DNA of 64,000 nt from Chrysomallon squamiferum (Eukaryota; Animalia; Mollusca). The position numbers and the translations under genes are program-made. The notes under the pieces were generated by a model that ran no database searches, was not told where the DNA came from, and saw only the letters and a program-made list of their open reading frames with translations. Positions within the stretch are counted from its first letter, which is position 1, and the number at the start of each line of letters is the position of its first letter. The stretch is from the NCBI GenBank assembly GCA_012295275.1, contig CM022677.1, forward strand, positions 24,490,001-24,554,000, read 5' to 3'. Shown here piece after piece: positions 12,670-25,200 of the stretch.

Positions 12670-13800
12670 TGCAAATTACGATATTTGGGGTAAAGTTTTC
12701 CACACATCTGTATCTAATACAAGAATCAAACTATTAAGATGAGGGAGGTTAATAGGCTTCTTGAACAATGCTTAAAACGTTGTTTCAGACTCTACAAAGA
12801 AATTACTGAAATCAAAAATGTTGTTATATGGAAAAAGATATGGTTTTTTTTTTTTTTTATCCAACAGATTCTTTCTTTAAACAAATAGAAACCTAATTCG
12901 TTCACTTCGTTTCAATTTAAAAGCTCGATACAATAGCTAGAAAAGATATTAATTCAGGATTATCAAGAGAGTGGTTTAAGAGCAATAAATCTTATGCTAT
13001 TTTGCAATGGTTTGATATTAGTAGTTAAAAAATATTATAAATTGTCTTTGTATTACAAACGAGGTAACATTACAAATATCAGGAATTTCTAATTTTACAG
13101 AAGAACACCTCAAAACAATTGTTAGTAAAACATTCTGCTGTGATTATATAATAGAAATTATTTCAAAGCACAAAATAAATGCCAAAATAAAATGGCAGTA
13201 TATTTTTGGTAGAGATTTATGTGACAAATAATGGAAAAGTATACATCTTCTTCTGTTACAAGTTAACTACGAACACAGGACTTAGATATTTTCAATACAA
13301 CATCTTGTTAATTATCTTAACAACAAATAATCATTTGGTAGTATATGGTATAAAGGAATAAAAGATAAATGTGAATTTCGTTTGGCTTACGTAAACATGT
13401 TCAGACATTCTGGAACACTGTTACAAACCAGATAGTTTTGTCAACAAATGTGATACTTCAAATAAATGCAATTATTTAAGACAACCGAAATGTATCTGAC
13501 AAAGGTGATAGAGCCGATTTAATGTTAATTGCGAAACACTTTATCGATAAATGAAAATGAAAATGAAATCACCAACAACGAACTTTAACTGTATTTCAAA
13601 ATGTTCTGAACATGTTTATTTATTTATTGTGCAGAAAAATATGTTCGTAAGAAAAATAACGGAACAATAAAATGTGAAGAAAAATGAAATATTTGCACAA
13701 AATTTTGAAAAACAAAATGTAAATATGTCATAATTATTTTGATTGTATTCTTGTATGTTTCTTACTGTAACATTCACTGTGTATTTATGTGATAAATATT
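12670..13800 (+). mobile_element. Decayed Tx1/L1-clade LINE ORF2 3' half
   Basis: IQDYQESGLRAINLMLFCNGL at ~12953 and TTNTGLRYFQYNILLIILTTN...YGIK...HVQTFWNTV at ~13265-13425. Multiple stops and indels. Confidence 0.72.
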
Positions 13801-15186
13801 AATTACTAGGAACCTATAGTAGATAATTATCTGTAGTTTTTTGGTTGTTGTCTTTCTTGATAATCTGAAGACTTCTGTATTTTAACACATTAATTTAATT
13901 TTATATTTTGTCATGTTAGGATTAATTGTACTATACTTTATACTGTATATTCTGTGGTGAAAATAATAATAATTATAACCATTGCAGGTTTTCTTTTCCT
14001 TGTCTTATTTGGAATATTTTTGTTTATATATCAAGTAATCGTTCAGAGACAGGTGTTTTTTTAATTATCTGTTTTTTAATTCTAACTTTTAATTTAGCTT
14101 TTTCTACATTTGAATACAAAACCCTTCTCTATATTCATTTTATAAGCAAATCTCGTTTGTGTTTTGCTAAAGACTTTTACATTGATCGCAAACAGACAAT
14201 TCAAATATCAATAGCTATTGAAATTGTTTTGAAAAGTTGAATATGAAGTGCTATCCCATTTCCAATTTTTAATCCTAATTAAGGAAATATACTAGTATGA
14301 GGATTTTTGTTTGCTATCATTCAATTACAGTAAGGATAAAAAGTTAAAAATAAATGCTATATATAATTAAAACCAGAAATAGTGATTGGCAGTTTTTCGA
14401 TATAATATTGAGATAAGTTTTTTTTTTTTTTAAGTCTTTTTATTTATTTATTTATTTATTATTATTATTTTTTTTTTTTAAATTATAGGACCCTTGCGGA
14501 ACGTTTTCTATGAACTAGAAAATTTAATGAACGAAGAAAAATAAAATCATTAATGTAAAAATAGAACAATATTTTATTTCCTTGTTTCGAGTTTTCCTGT
14601 GTAGGCTGTCTATACAACAAAGGCCAGTGAGAAAAACCTGTTTTAAGCGCGCATGCCCAAATCTGAGAATTGCTTCATACAAGTTTTGCTCTCGTGCCCA
14701 CAGACAGTTCTCGAAACATAATTATTATTCTTCGATGTCTTTTAAATATTATGATGACTCTTTCTTTTTCTTTTTCTGAATTATTTTATTTTATATTATT
14801 TATTTTTTTTTTTTTTTTAATCAGCCTTTAATTGGAATACATATCTACTTAATTTAAACTCGCTATTCTTAGCATGAGCAAAAGGATAAAGAATAATTCT
14901 GAACTCTATTAAACTAGTAATATTTTATTTTATTTCATATACTTTATATCTATCATTCTAATCTAGCTATTTATTTATTTATTTATTTCGTCAATAACTA
15001 ATTGCGGTTATTTCTAGCAAAATACAAGAGAGGTTTGTTTACAAAAGGAATACAGAAAGTGTAAAAGTAGATAAATATAAATGAAAACTTAAAAATTAAA
15101 AACACAAATACTGAAAATAACTTGTTAAAATGCTATGTTTGTCAAAGACAACTACTTTAAAAAAATAATAAAAATAATAATAACAA

Positions 15187-15217
<31 letters not shown>

Positions 15218-16403
15218 AAGAAGGAATAGAAGAAATGAATAAATAAATAAAATAAAATAAAATAAAATTACTTTAGTTTATTCATTAACATTATTATCTT
15301 CTTCTTTTTTTTCCCCTCCAGAAGACATTAAAATTTGTTTCAGGCAATCTTTCTGAATTTACTTTGCGACTTAAATGGCAATTTTGAGTTTGTTATTTTC
15401 CGTGTTTGTTTATAAAATAATGAAACTCCTCCTATTTATATAACAGAGCTTGTAAGCAGCTCATGGACGTCTGCGTACTCTCTGCTACTGAGTTTTTGTG
15501 TAACTACCCCCATTTACTGACATTAATTAGATCAACACTGAAGAAGTGTAAAAATATGAATTTACAGTTTCATAAAAATTACTGTATTATAGTATACTTA
15601 ATATAAAATGTAGCAGACATTCTGCTTTAAATGGGCAAATAAAAATAGTCGTTTTGTGAATATTATATAATTCACTACACAGAATACAAAATCATGATTA
15701 AAAACAAGTGTGGCAAAGAGGCACTAATGAGCTTTGTCACATACTGTAATCATAAATGTAATTCTATCAGGGAAAAAAAAAAAAAAAAAAAAAAAAAAAT
15801 GCTTTCTTTTTTATTGTCACTGCCAATCAAATAGATTCTTTCTTTAACAAAAAAAAAAAAAATAAAAATAGAGGAGAACTTTGAAATGATTCCCGTGTTC
15901 CACGGTCGCTATCCCCTGAATACACCTGGTAACTAAATTATATATATTTTTGCTGTTTTCATTGTATTAACCCGTATGTGGCTGATGTGACAGATTACAA
16001 TATTTATATTCATCTGATATTAGTCTTTACTACTAGAGTGAATGTTCATCGCTGGTGCGAATACAGTTTTTAAAAGTGCTCGTGTTTGTTGTGTTCTAGT
16101 GAAACGGTATTTATAATATATTGCATATACAGATCACATATCTGATACCCCTAGAGCAAGCCAACTCGGGTAGTAATCTGCCCGAGAAAGATACAGTTTC
16201 ACTACTTAAGGTAATACCCGTTACAAATGTTATTTGTTGTTGCAAAATAGAAAGTCGCAAAGATAAACATTAGATATATTAATGTTTAACTTTGTGAATA
16301 CAAAAATATAAAGGATACAAAAAGATAACAAAAAAATTCAAAATGCCATTAAAGTGACGGGTGCGTTGTCATTAACAACAGATAGACACTGGAAAACAGA
16401 AAT

Positions 16404-16453
<50 letters not shown>

Positions 16454-16493
16454 TCTGTCTCTCTCTGTATGTCACTGTGACTCTGTCTCTCTC

Positions 16494-16568
<75 letters not shown>

Positions 16569-16989
16569 TTGATAAGTTATTGTTTCTAAAATAAAAAATT
16601 AACTATGACTTATTACCTTTAACCTTAATAATAATAATAATAATAAAAAGTACAGGTATAAATAAATGAATAAAGAAGTGTTTAAATGTTTCAGTGAAAT
16701 CAAATACTGAAAATCATAGAAAGAGCGCTTGTGACTCTGGACTCGTCAGTCACCTGGTGGACACTGGTCAGTTATTTCGTTAACAGCTGCAAACTCTTGG
16801 GTGGAGGGAAACATGCTTAATCCTTTCTAAATTATCAAGTGGAAACTTTCTACACAAAATCTCTTCAAAAAGGAAAATCAAAACTATATTAATATGAATG
16901 AATATAAAACCTATTTCTGATTTTGCAGTGTTTTGTCACAAGGAATATTTGTTCAACATTGTATTCAAAATAAATACAATTGGAAAGGA

Positions 16990-17047
<58 letters not shown>

Positions 17048-17419
17048 GAAATAAAGATCGACGTCTTTTTAAATAATGTATTTCGTCTTTAAATACAACA
17101 ATAGTAATAATAAAACAAACAAAAAACCAAAGGAAAAGCACCAAAAGAATAATAATAATAAATAAAAGAACAGTAATAATAAAAAAAAAAAAAAATAATA
17201 ATAATAATAAAAAAGCAAGCGAAAGAAAACATATTCATCAGTTACTGTTCACAATTTTCTGTCAAAATTGTGAATAAAAGGAAAAAAAAAGAGAAAAAAA
17301 ATGCTCACGCTGAATAATAGCTGGATAATAGCAGCAAATATAAAATACAAGAAATGATTTTTTTTTTTTTTTGGTAGAAAAATAAGAACATATATTATTA
17401 CTAAGTCATTATGACCTTT

Positions 17420-17861
17420 TTGTTGTGTCAAGGTCGAGACAAATTGACTGTTTTATCTGGAATGTTGGCACAGTTAAGCGGGAATAGTTTTTAGTTTTCG
17501 TCTGCGGACGTCAGATGTATTCACAAAAATAGAAACCGCTTGTGTTTACGTGGAATACTAATTTTAAAAGATATACAGAGAGTATTCTGGGAGTTTTATT
17601 TGATTATAAACTTCTTATTTTCTGCATGAATCTACAACGAAGCTGAATTTCGGAGGTAAGTTTTTATTTATATGTGACACATTTTATAATCAGGATTAAT
17701 AACTTTGATTTTTCTCCTATTTTACAGTTTTTAGTGTTTTGTTGTTGTTTTTTTTTTATATGGACAGAAGAATGATTTTCAAATGACTCGATAAATTACG
17801 ATTTAAAAATTCTTACATTTAACAGAAACAGCCCCAAAAATACATAGGCACAACCCCTCCC

Positions 17862-17918
<57 letters not shown>

Positions 17919-18191
17919 AAATTTGTTTACGTTAATAAGACTGACAATATTTTCAGCTATATTTTTTCTGCTCGCATTAAGAATACGTACGACTAAATAA
18001 TAAAAATAATCATTTAGAAATAACAACGACAAGAACAGAAGGATTTCTGTCAATAAAACGAATAAATGCGAATAACAAGTTAAAATGTTTTTGTTTGTGT
18101 AATTGTATACATTCAGGCCACATCTACGTAGTCATCTATTTGAAATATCCGTGTTACTCATTCTCGGTACAGATAGTTTACAACAACAACG

Positions 18192-18228
<37 letters not shown>

Positions 18229-18787
18229 GGGCAATCGAGTTCTATGGGTTACCTTACACAAACTCTTAATAAAAACAAAAATAATATCTATTGTTTTATA
18301 TATTCGGAATATTCTACGTTTATTTACGTAAATATACCTTTTCTATCGTACCTATGCTTATATTCATGAAGTACACACTTAAATGTACAGAAATTAGATA
18401 TTTCACTAAAAAAAATAATAATAAATAACAATAAAATGGAAACAACCGATAGAAAATTAAAAATAATAATTTAAATACGTAACAGCACATTTTACATTAT
18501 TAAAAAATTACTCAACTAATCCATTTTCAATTATAATAAAATTAATTTAATACGTATGACGTATTGGGTTCTGAATGCGCACTTGTGAACATGGTCGTGA
18601 CCGCAAATTGATTATATGCGAGCAACCCCCGCATGTTCTGATGTCACGTATCTCACAACTCAAGGTCGACTAGAACGCCGATATTAATGGGAGTTATCTC
18701 CCGACTTTTCGTACCAAGGTGGCAGTCGTCCTAAACTAGCGGATACACGAGTGTGTGAAAAAAATTCATCTGCCTATCCAGGTAATT
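17420..18787 (+). promoter_or_regulatory. Two candidate alternative promoters / non-coding first exons of the first NDUFA4-family gene
   Basis: CpG-containing islands ending in strong donors GAG|GTAAGT (GT at 17656) and CAG|GTAATT (GT at 18782). Each carries TCAAGGTCG and a TACGTG/CACGTA motif. The coding ATG at 20623 directly follows an acceptor, so an upstream UTR exon is required. Confidence 0.55.
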
Positions 18788-19391
18788 CAGTTATTTTTAT
18801 TGTTTCATTCGTTCAACTTTAACTTAGAATAATTTAAAAGTAAATAATGAAGTCCGATCTTTACGATGTTATTTCAATAATTATTTAAAATGCGGTGAAT
18901 GTTTTGATTTCAAAATTTAAAGTGCAGACATTGTAAAGTTGTGTCCGTTTTATTTTATTTTACTGTTAATCAATTTAATATTAGTACATTATCGAAACTT
19001 ACGTAATTATTTATTATTTTTAAATTTAATAATATCGTTCCTTTTATTTTTCCATTTTTTTTTTTAAATTTCTGTTCTGTCTTTTCATGTTAAATTATGT
19101 TTGTCTTATGACAAAATAACCCGTGTTTGGTAAAATCCGGAATAATTAACGCCTTTGTCAAAGTAGTACTAAAATTCTTAATTCTTGACGGCTCTATTTT
19201 GCCAACTAACGTTATTTTTTATTATTTTTCTTAGAAGCATTACCGATAACAATAGCAAGCTGTGATGATTTTGAAATAGTTTTATTTATAATTTGTCATG
19301 ATTGTAATAACACTGAGTTTGTCATGAAACTGTTTTAGTGATTAAATCACACAAATCGAATTTACATATATATATATATTATGTACACGGG

Positions 19392-19440
<49 letters not shown>

Positions 19441-20622
19441 AGAGCTTGCGAGCGATAGAAGCTACACCTCGACAAGCCGCCATGCCGGTGGTACCGATTC
19501 ACACGTAATAAAATAGGTCATACAGACATGAATAGATACTCACGTGGAATGTGTTCGTTCATAATTTTTGTTGATGTTTTTGAATTTTTCAATACTAAAA
19601 CATCCCTGAAAATACACTAAATTTTTATTTTCACATTTTCCTGTTAGTAATGAAAAACTGACTGTAAACAACAGTATTTTATTTTATTTTATTTTAAACA
19701 GTATTGTAATAATAATAGAGATGACAGAAAACGATGTTTTCAGAAACTGCCCTAGATCACTGGTAGATCTAGTTCATTGTATCCTCACAGACTAAATTAT
19801 TTACGTACATCAGTGCTTGTAATACTAGGTACTAATAACAACAGTACTTGTTAATCTCAGTAGTAACATTAGTTGTAGCAGCAGCATTAACAGTAACGAT
19901 TATCATTATGACAATCTATGACATGTTTATGAATTCAGTTTTATTTTATTTTTCATATTGTATATCTCTACACAGATACACATATATATGTAGAGTTTAA
20001 TATAATTTTTGAAATCTGATGTTTGTCTGATATTTATCTGGGTCTAAAATTCTAAAAACAATTTATGGCCATGTCAAAAAGACTAAAAAAGAAGAGATGA
20101 AGAAAAAATAATTCTAAGAGAGAATCAAGAGAAAGAATACATATGAATTTGATAAATATATTTTATAACATTTATTGGCCACAGCCATTATAACCCAATA
20201 GGATAAAAATACCTTGATTATTGTTGACATATATCCGGTTTTTATAGGCATTCATGACATAAATGGTATCTTACTCTGATGACATGTTTTACTATATGTC
20301 TAAGATTCTATATGTTATTTTTCCATTATCCATAGATTTTTTTTTTAATTATAAATTTTATGTTAACTTTTGTGAAATGTTACACGTTACACATTAAACA
20401 ATAATTTAAAAATACAGAGTATACACTTAGTTTGTTTCTCAATTTCTTGTTTTCTATATGAATTTACAATAAAGGTTAATTTCTGAGGTAATTATAAATT
20501 ACTGCAACACAGACAGTCACATGACTATGTGTCACCAATGTTTATAAATGAAAAAGTTAATGTCATGTATTATATATAAATCAATGGTGATATTAAAACA
20601 AAAGTTTCTTCTTTGTTTTCAG

Positions 20623-22278
20623 ATGCCGAAGTCTTATATGTTCGGAAGGAGATTTTTTGCAGACCATCCTGCAGTAATATTTTAAATTATTTTCTTCTTT
20701 TTTTTAAGAATTATTACTGTTATCTTTTTTTTTAAATACATTTACTTGATCACTAGCGAAAATTAGTTTATATTACAGAGATACTTACGTCAGCATAAGT
20801 GCTTTTATACATCTATACTAGTAGCAAAAATGTTTAACAGAGTAAGATACTCCAAATACGGACTTTTCCAGTCATGAGTTTATATATGATTGAAGGCATA
20901 TATTTTTCTGCTGTATTCGTGTGTGTAATCTTATCTTTGTTCAAAATGTATGAAAAATTCAGAGCTCACTATACATAATTCTGATCAAAATTTTGAAAAG
21001 AAAACGTTTTACCCTGGTATATATGTTTATTTGTGATTTCTAAAGTGGAATGAAACTAATGTTACCAGTACTTTATTTCTTACTGTCAAAAAAACCCACA
21101 AAAAACCCCACAAAACCCCCCAACAAACTAACAATAAAAAATTAAAATAAAATCAACTTAGTACCAACTATTACTATTTTTCAGTTAACATTTAAAACAT
21201 TTATCAGTTATTTACATTTTGTATTTAATATTTATCAAGTATTTATATTTTACAGTTAATATTAATCATGTGTTCTGTAATTTTACAGTTAATACCTCCT
21301 GCAGTCCTGGCTGGTGTTTTAAGTTTCGCATATATAGGATACAGAATATATGGAATGGGAACGCACACAGATGTAGAGTGAGTACTCACAGGATTCAGTA
21401 ATTTTAACATCACATGAGCAGTGCATTGCTAGTGGTGTAGGTTCATGTGATGCTCATGTAGTAAATGTTACTAACTGGTGCTGGAAGTCGGTTAACTTCA
21501 CAGGACTTTCCACAACTCATACAGCCATATTTTAATACATGAATAAATAACTGAACAAATAAATGAATGAATGAATACATAAATAAAATAATAAATATCA
21601 TGACATCAATCAGTCTTTCTCTGTCAATATGTATGTATATGTATATTTTTAAAATATTTTAATACAGATTGCATTAAGATTTAGCATTTATTCATTTGCT
21701 TTTTGCTTGCAGTATTCGACAGGATATTCTAGAACCCCCACAAGATTCAATCAACTATGAAAAGGTGCGTAAAGGTAATACAGAAAATACTTTACTATGT
21801 CTAGATGTTACAGTCTATGTAAGTATATGACAGTAGATTTGATAGTTTTATTATCCACAAAGAAAGAAAAAAAGAGCTTTTTTTCTTCATTTGCATACTA
21901 GTATTAATAGTTTACAGCTAGTTAATTTTTATATAATTAATATATATTCTCACATCTTTGTTATCTTTATCTGCTTGCTTATACTGTTGGTACATTAGGT
22001 GCTCTATAAAAAAAAAAATAAAATAAAAACCATGCTATTTGTTTAGTTAGTTTGAGGGGTATTTTATATTCATTTCTTTGCTTGTTTTATTTCACAATTT
22101 TACTCTTTCCATATTTTTTTAAAAATTTAAATTGTTGGTGTATTATCATTTTATTTAATTTTTTTTTAAATTTCAGGCATTAGAGAAAAAAAAGATAAAG
22201 CAGGAAATTGAGGTTAAATTTAAACCAGAAATCGAGAGCCTTAGAAACGACTTGTACAGTTTCCGCTCTAAAACGTGA
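20623..22278 (+). CDS. NDUFA4-like: NDUFA4/NMES1 (COXFA4, B12D)-family mitochondrial microprotein, paralogue 1, 97 aa
   Basis: Exons 20623-20673, 21289-21377, 21713-21764, 22177-22278, all GT-AG, phases 0/2/0. Protein: MPKSYMFGRRFFADHPA|LIPPAVLAGVLSFAYIGYRIYGMGTHTDVD|IRQDILEPPQDSINYEK|ALEKKKIKQEIEVKFKPEIESLRNDLYSFRSKT. HPA|LIP plus TM plus TDV matches NDUFA4 KHPS|LIPL...PDV, including the first intron position. Confidence 0.88.
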
Positions 22279-25200
22279 CTGTGATTGTGTGACTTTTTTT
22301 GTGTGTATAACATTTAAGTGCTAGTGACATTTTATTTAAAAAAATAAAACAAAAAAAAACCAGAAAAGAAAGAAGAACACAGAAACAGTATCTAATTCAG
22401 TGCAAGGATTACGGGATCATGCTTTTATTCATTATGTACAGAAACTATTGTAATAGTTCTTTTTTTTTCAACAAAAACAAAGAGCGTTAACCCGGAAATA
22501 GTTTTTTTTGGTTTTCTGTATTTAAAATTTTGTCTAATTAGTTTTAATTTAAAAAGCAGAATTTTAATTTAAAAGATGAAATGGAATTTTAATTTTTAAC
22601 AACGAGAATTGAATTTTAATTAAAATTCAGTTGTTACTTCCAAATATTCAGAAATGCCAGTTTTGATGTATTTTAGTCAGCTTATATTTCAAGGTCATGT
22701 TTTTATTTTATTTTAATTCTCTTTGTCATACCAGTATTACCACAACAAAAATAATGAAGCATGTCCTTGGTTAAACCAGATCTCTGCCTCTGATATACTT
22801 CTTACAAATGTAAATAAATTCCAAATGCTTATGGCTCTCTCTATAATTCTACATGCATTGAGACTTTTGGTTTTAAAATTTAGTTTTGGTTTTAATAATC
22901 TGTTATAATATTGGACATCATTAATATTAATCAAAATGACTGCAGTTTAATTAATTTTTTTTTAAAGTAATTTTAAAACGTTTACATTGAACTTAAATAA
23001 GTTATGTGTAGTTTTTAATGAAACAAGCCTGTGCATAAATCAAGGACTTACTATACATCTTAATTTTAAAATATTTGAAATATATATGTAAAATATTTTA
23101 AACAATCATTACACAAATACATTTCCAGTCTTTTTATGAAGCAGAAAGTTAAAAATAGAAGAAAACGAGGCAATATATGCAGAAATATTCCAGAAACAGA
23201 ACTTAGGCCTTTTATTTTTAGTGATTTCTAATAAAATAGTTATTTTATGTACATACATATGTATATATATATAGAAATATTCAGACCCTAAAAGAAATGT
23301 GTTTATTTTTTCCATATAGCTATTTATACAGATTGTGTGTATGTTTTTGAAAAAGAAATACTTTTATTTTTACTGTGAAATAGCACAAATACCTGTCAAC
23401 AATGCATTCATTAAAATCATCATCACATCTCGACTTTGACTGATGTGTGATGTTTACAATGCATTATGGGAAGGGAAACAAAATGGCAGACAAAGCAAAA
23501 AGAAACATATCGTAGGAAGTGAAACAGTTTACAAAATGCTTTTGTTTGTTGTTTTAACTGGGAGCATTCTGGTAAAGAAAGCTAAAATATGATTGGTTAT
23601 AAATAGCAAAATAATTATGGGAAGGTATACAAAATGGCAAGAATTTCAGAAATAAGCATCATGGGAATGAAAACATGTTTAAGAATAGTTTATCACTGCA
23701 AGAGGCTGTAATATGCTAATTAATAGTGTATTATGGGAAGATAAAGAAACAGTCAAGGAATGTTTAAGATCAGAAGCGATTTAAATCTGTTCAGTTTTCT
23801 TTGGATATTTAACTATTTGTTCTGTAATGTTATTTGTAGATGGATTTCTGTTGCTGTTGAACCATATTCAAAATGTCAAAGTCATCATCATCATCATGAC
23901 AACAAACAGTCAAAAATGTATTTTAAAATAGTAAAAATAACTTATACATTTTCTAAATTAACAATTTATGTAAAATAACTAGTAAAATTTTATGTCTTAA
24001 TAATTTCAGTTTTGCATTATTTGTTATGCAGATAGGAAGGGACTATCCATAAAATATGTTCTGTTGGAATGACAGATTGAAATTCTGAGGTACACAAGAA
24101 AACAAAAATAAAAATATGGGAGAAGAGTGAAAGAAACATCTTATTTAACCCTGCAAACAACAGATTTTTAATCAATAATTAAAAAATAATGTACAAATTA
24201 CATTCTTTATAGAATGACTGGAGAGGAAATCAAGTAAGACTCTACAATGGTAAAATGTTTTAATTCAAATGTGTTAACTTTTTAAAAAGATATTTAAAAT
24301 GTACCTTTGATGCTACAAAACAAAAGAAAAACTTCATTCTGCTTCCAAATTATTATTAATTTTTTTCAGGCAACCTATTATTATGACAGTAAATTCCACG
24401 ATTACAAAACATCAGAACAAAGTCATTTTTATCCATTCGCAATTGGATTCATGATGCATTTATGTACAAAGTCATTTGTATCCATTCGCAATTGGATTCA
24501 TGATGCATTTATGTACATGGTACACTTGAACCTGTCTTTTTTATGATTACAGAAAAATGGTAGTGCCCTTATATTTTCTTTAGACTGTAGGCTACCTACA
24601 CTTCATTAGAAATTAACAAGACGACAAAAAACAAAATATAAAGTGTGTGCATGCAGAATATATTCAGACGTTTTCTTCATATCTCTGAAGGTACATTTTA
24701 TGAAACTATATAATTTGTTCTTCTGGGAAGTGTTAAATAAGAAAGATGCTGATATTTAGTGTCTACATATTTTACGGATATTCCCTCAAGGTTTGGTTCC
24801 TGACCCTTTTTGAAAGTTAATATTCTTAAAATAAATAAAATGAAAGTGAGCAACTGCTTCTATGTTTTACAGCAGTAGATGTCTGCATTAGAAAATTTAA
24901 CAACTCAGGTATATTAAAAAGGGGCTGTGGACATAATGTCCCAAATTTGAAGTAATGTCTCATAAATGTTTTATCTTTCTCGTGCCAAACACACTTGATT
25001 TGAGAAATTATAAATCTAAAAAAAGTTTCCAATATCTTTAACATATCTGAACTGTTGCCCTGGATGGGGAAATATAAAAAATAAAATAAAGCTATATATA
25101 TATATATATATATATATATCCAAGAAACACACCAAAAAATGTATATGTTACATTAACACAAATGAAATTAGTCATAGTAATTACAACTCTTTTGCATAAA

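Noticed and set aside
19255-19322. GTGATGA...CTGA with short terminal stem (C/D snoRNA-like)
   Set aside because: The interior is very AT-rich with no recognisable rRNA/snRNA antisense element, so this is expected by chance.
21765-21780. Alternative donor AAG|GTAATA 10 nt downstream in exon 3 of paralogue 1
   Set aside because: It would shift frame and lose the PEIESLR C-terminus that matches paralogue 2.
24419-24516. 49-bp direct tandem duplication
   Set aside because: Only two copies, consistent with ordinary slippage, with no functional signal.
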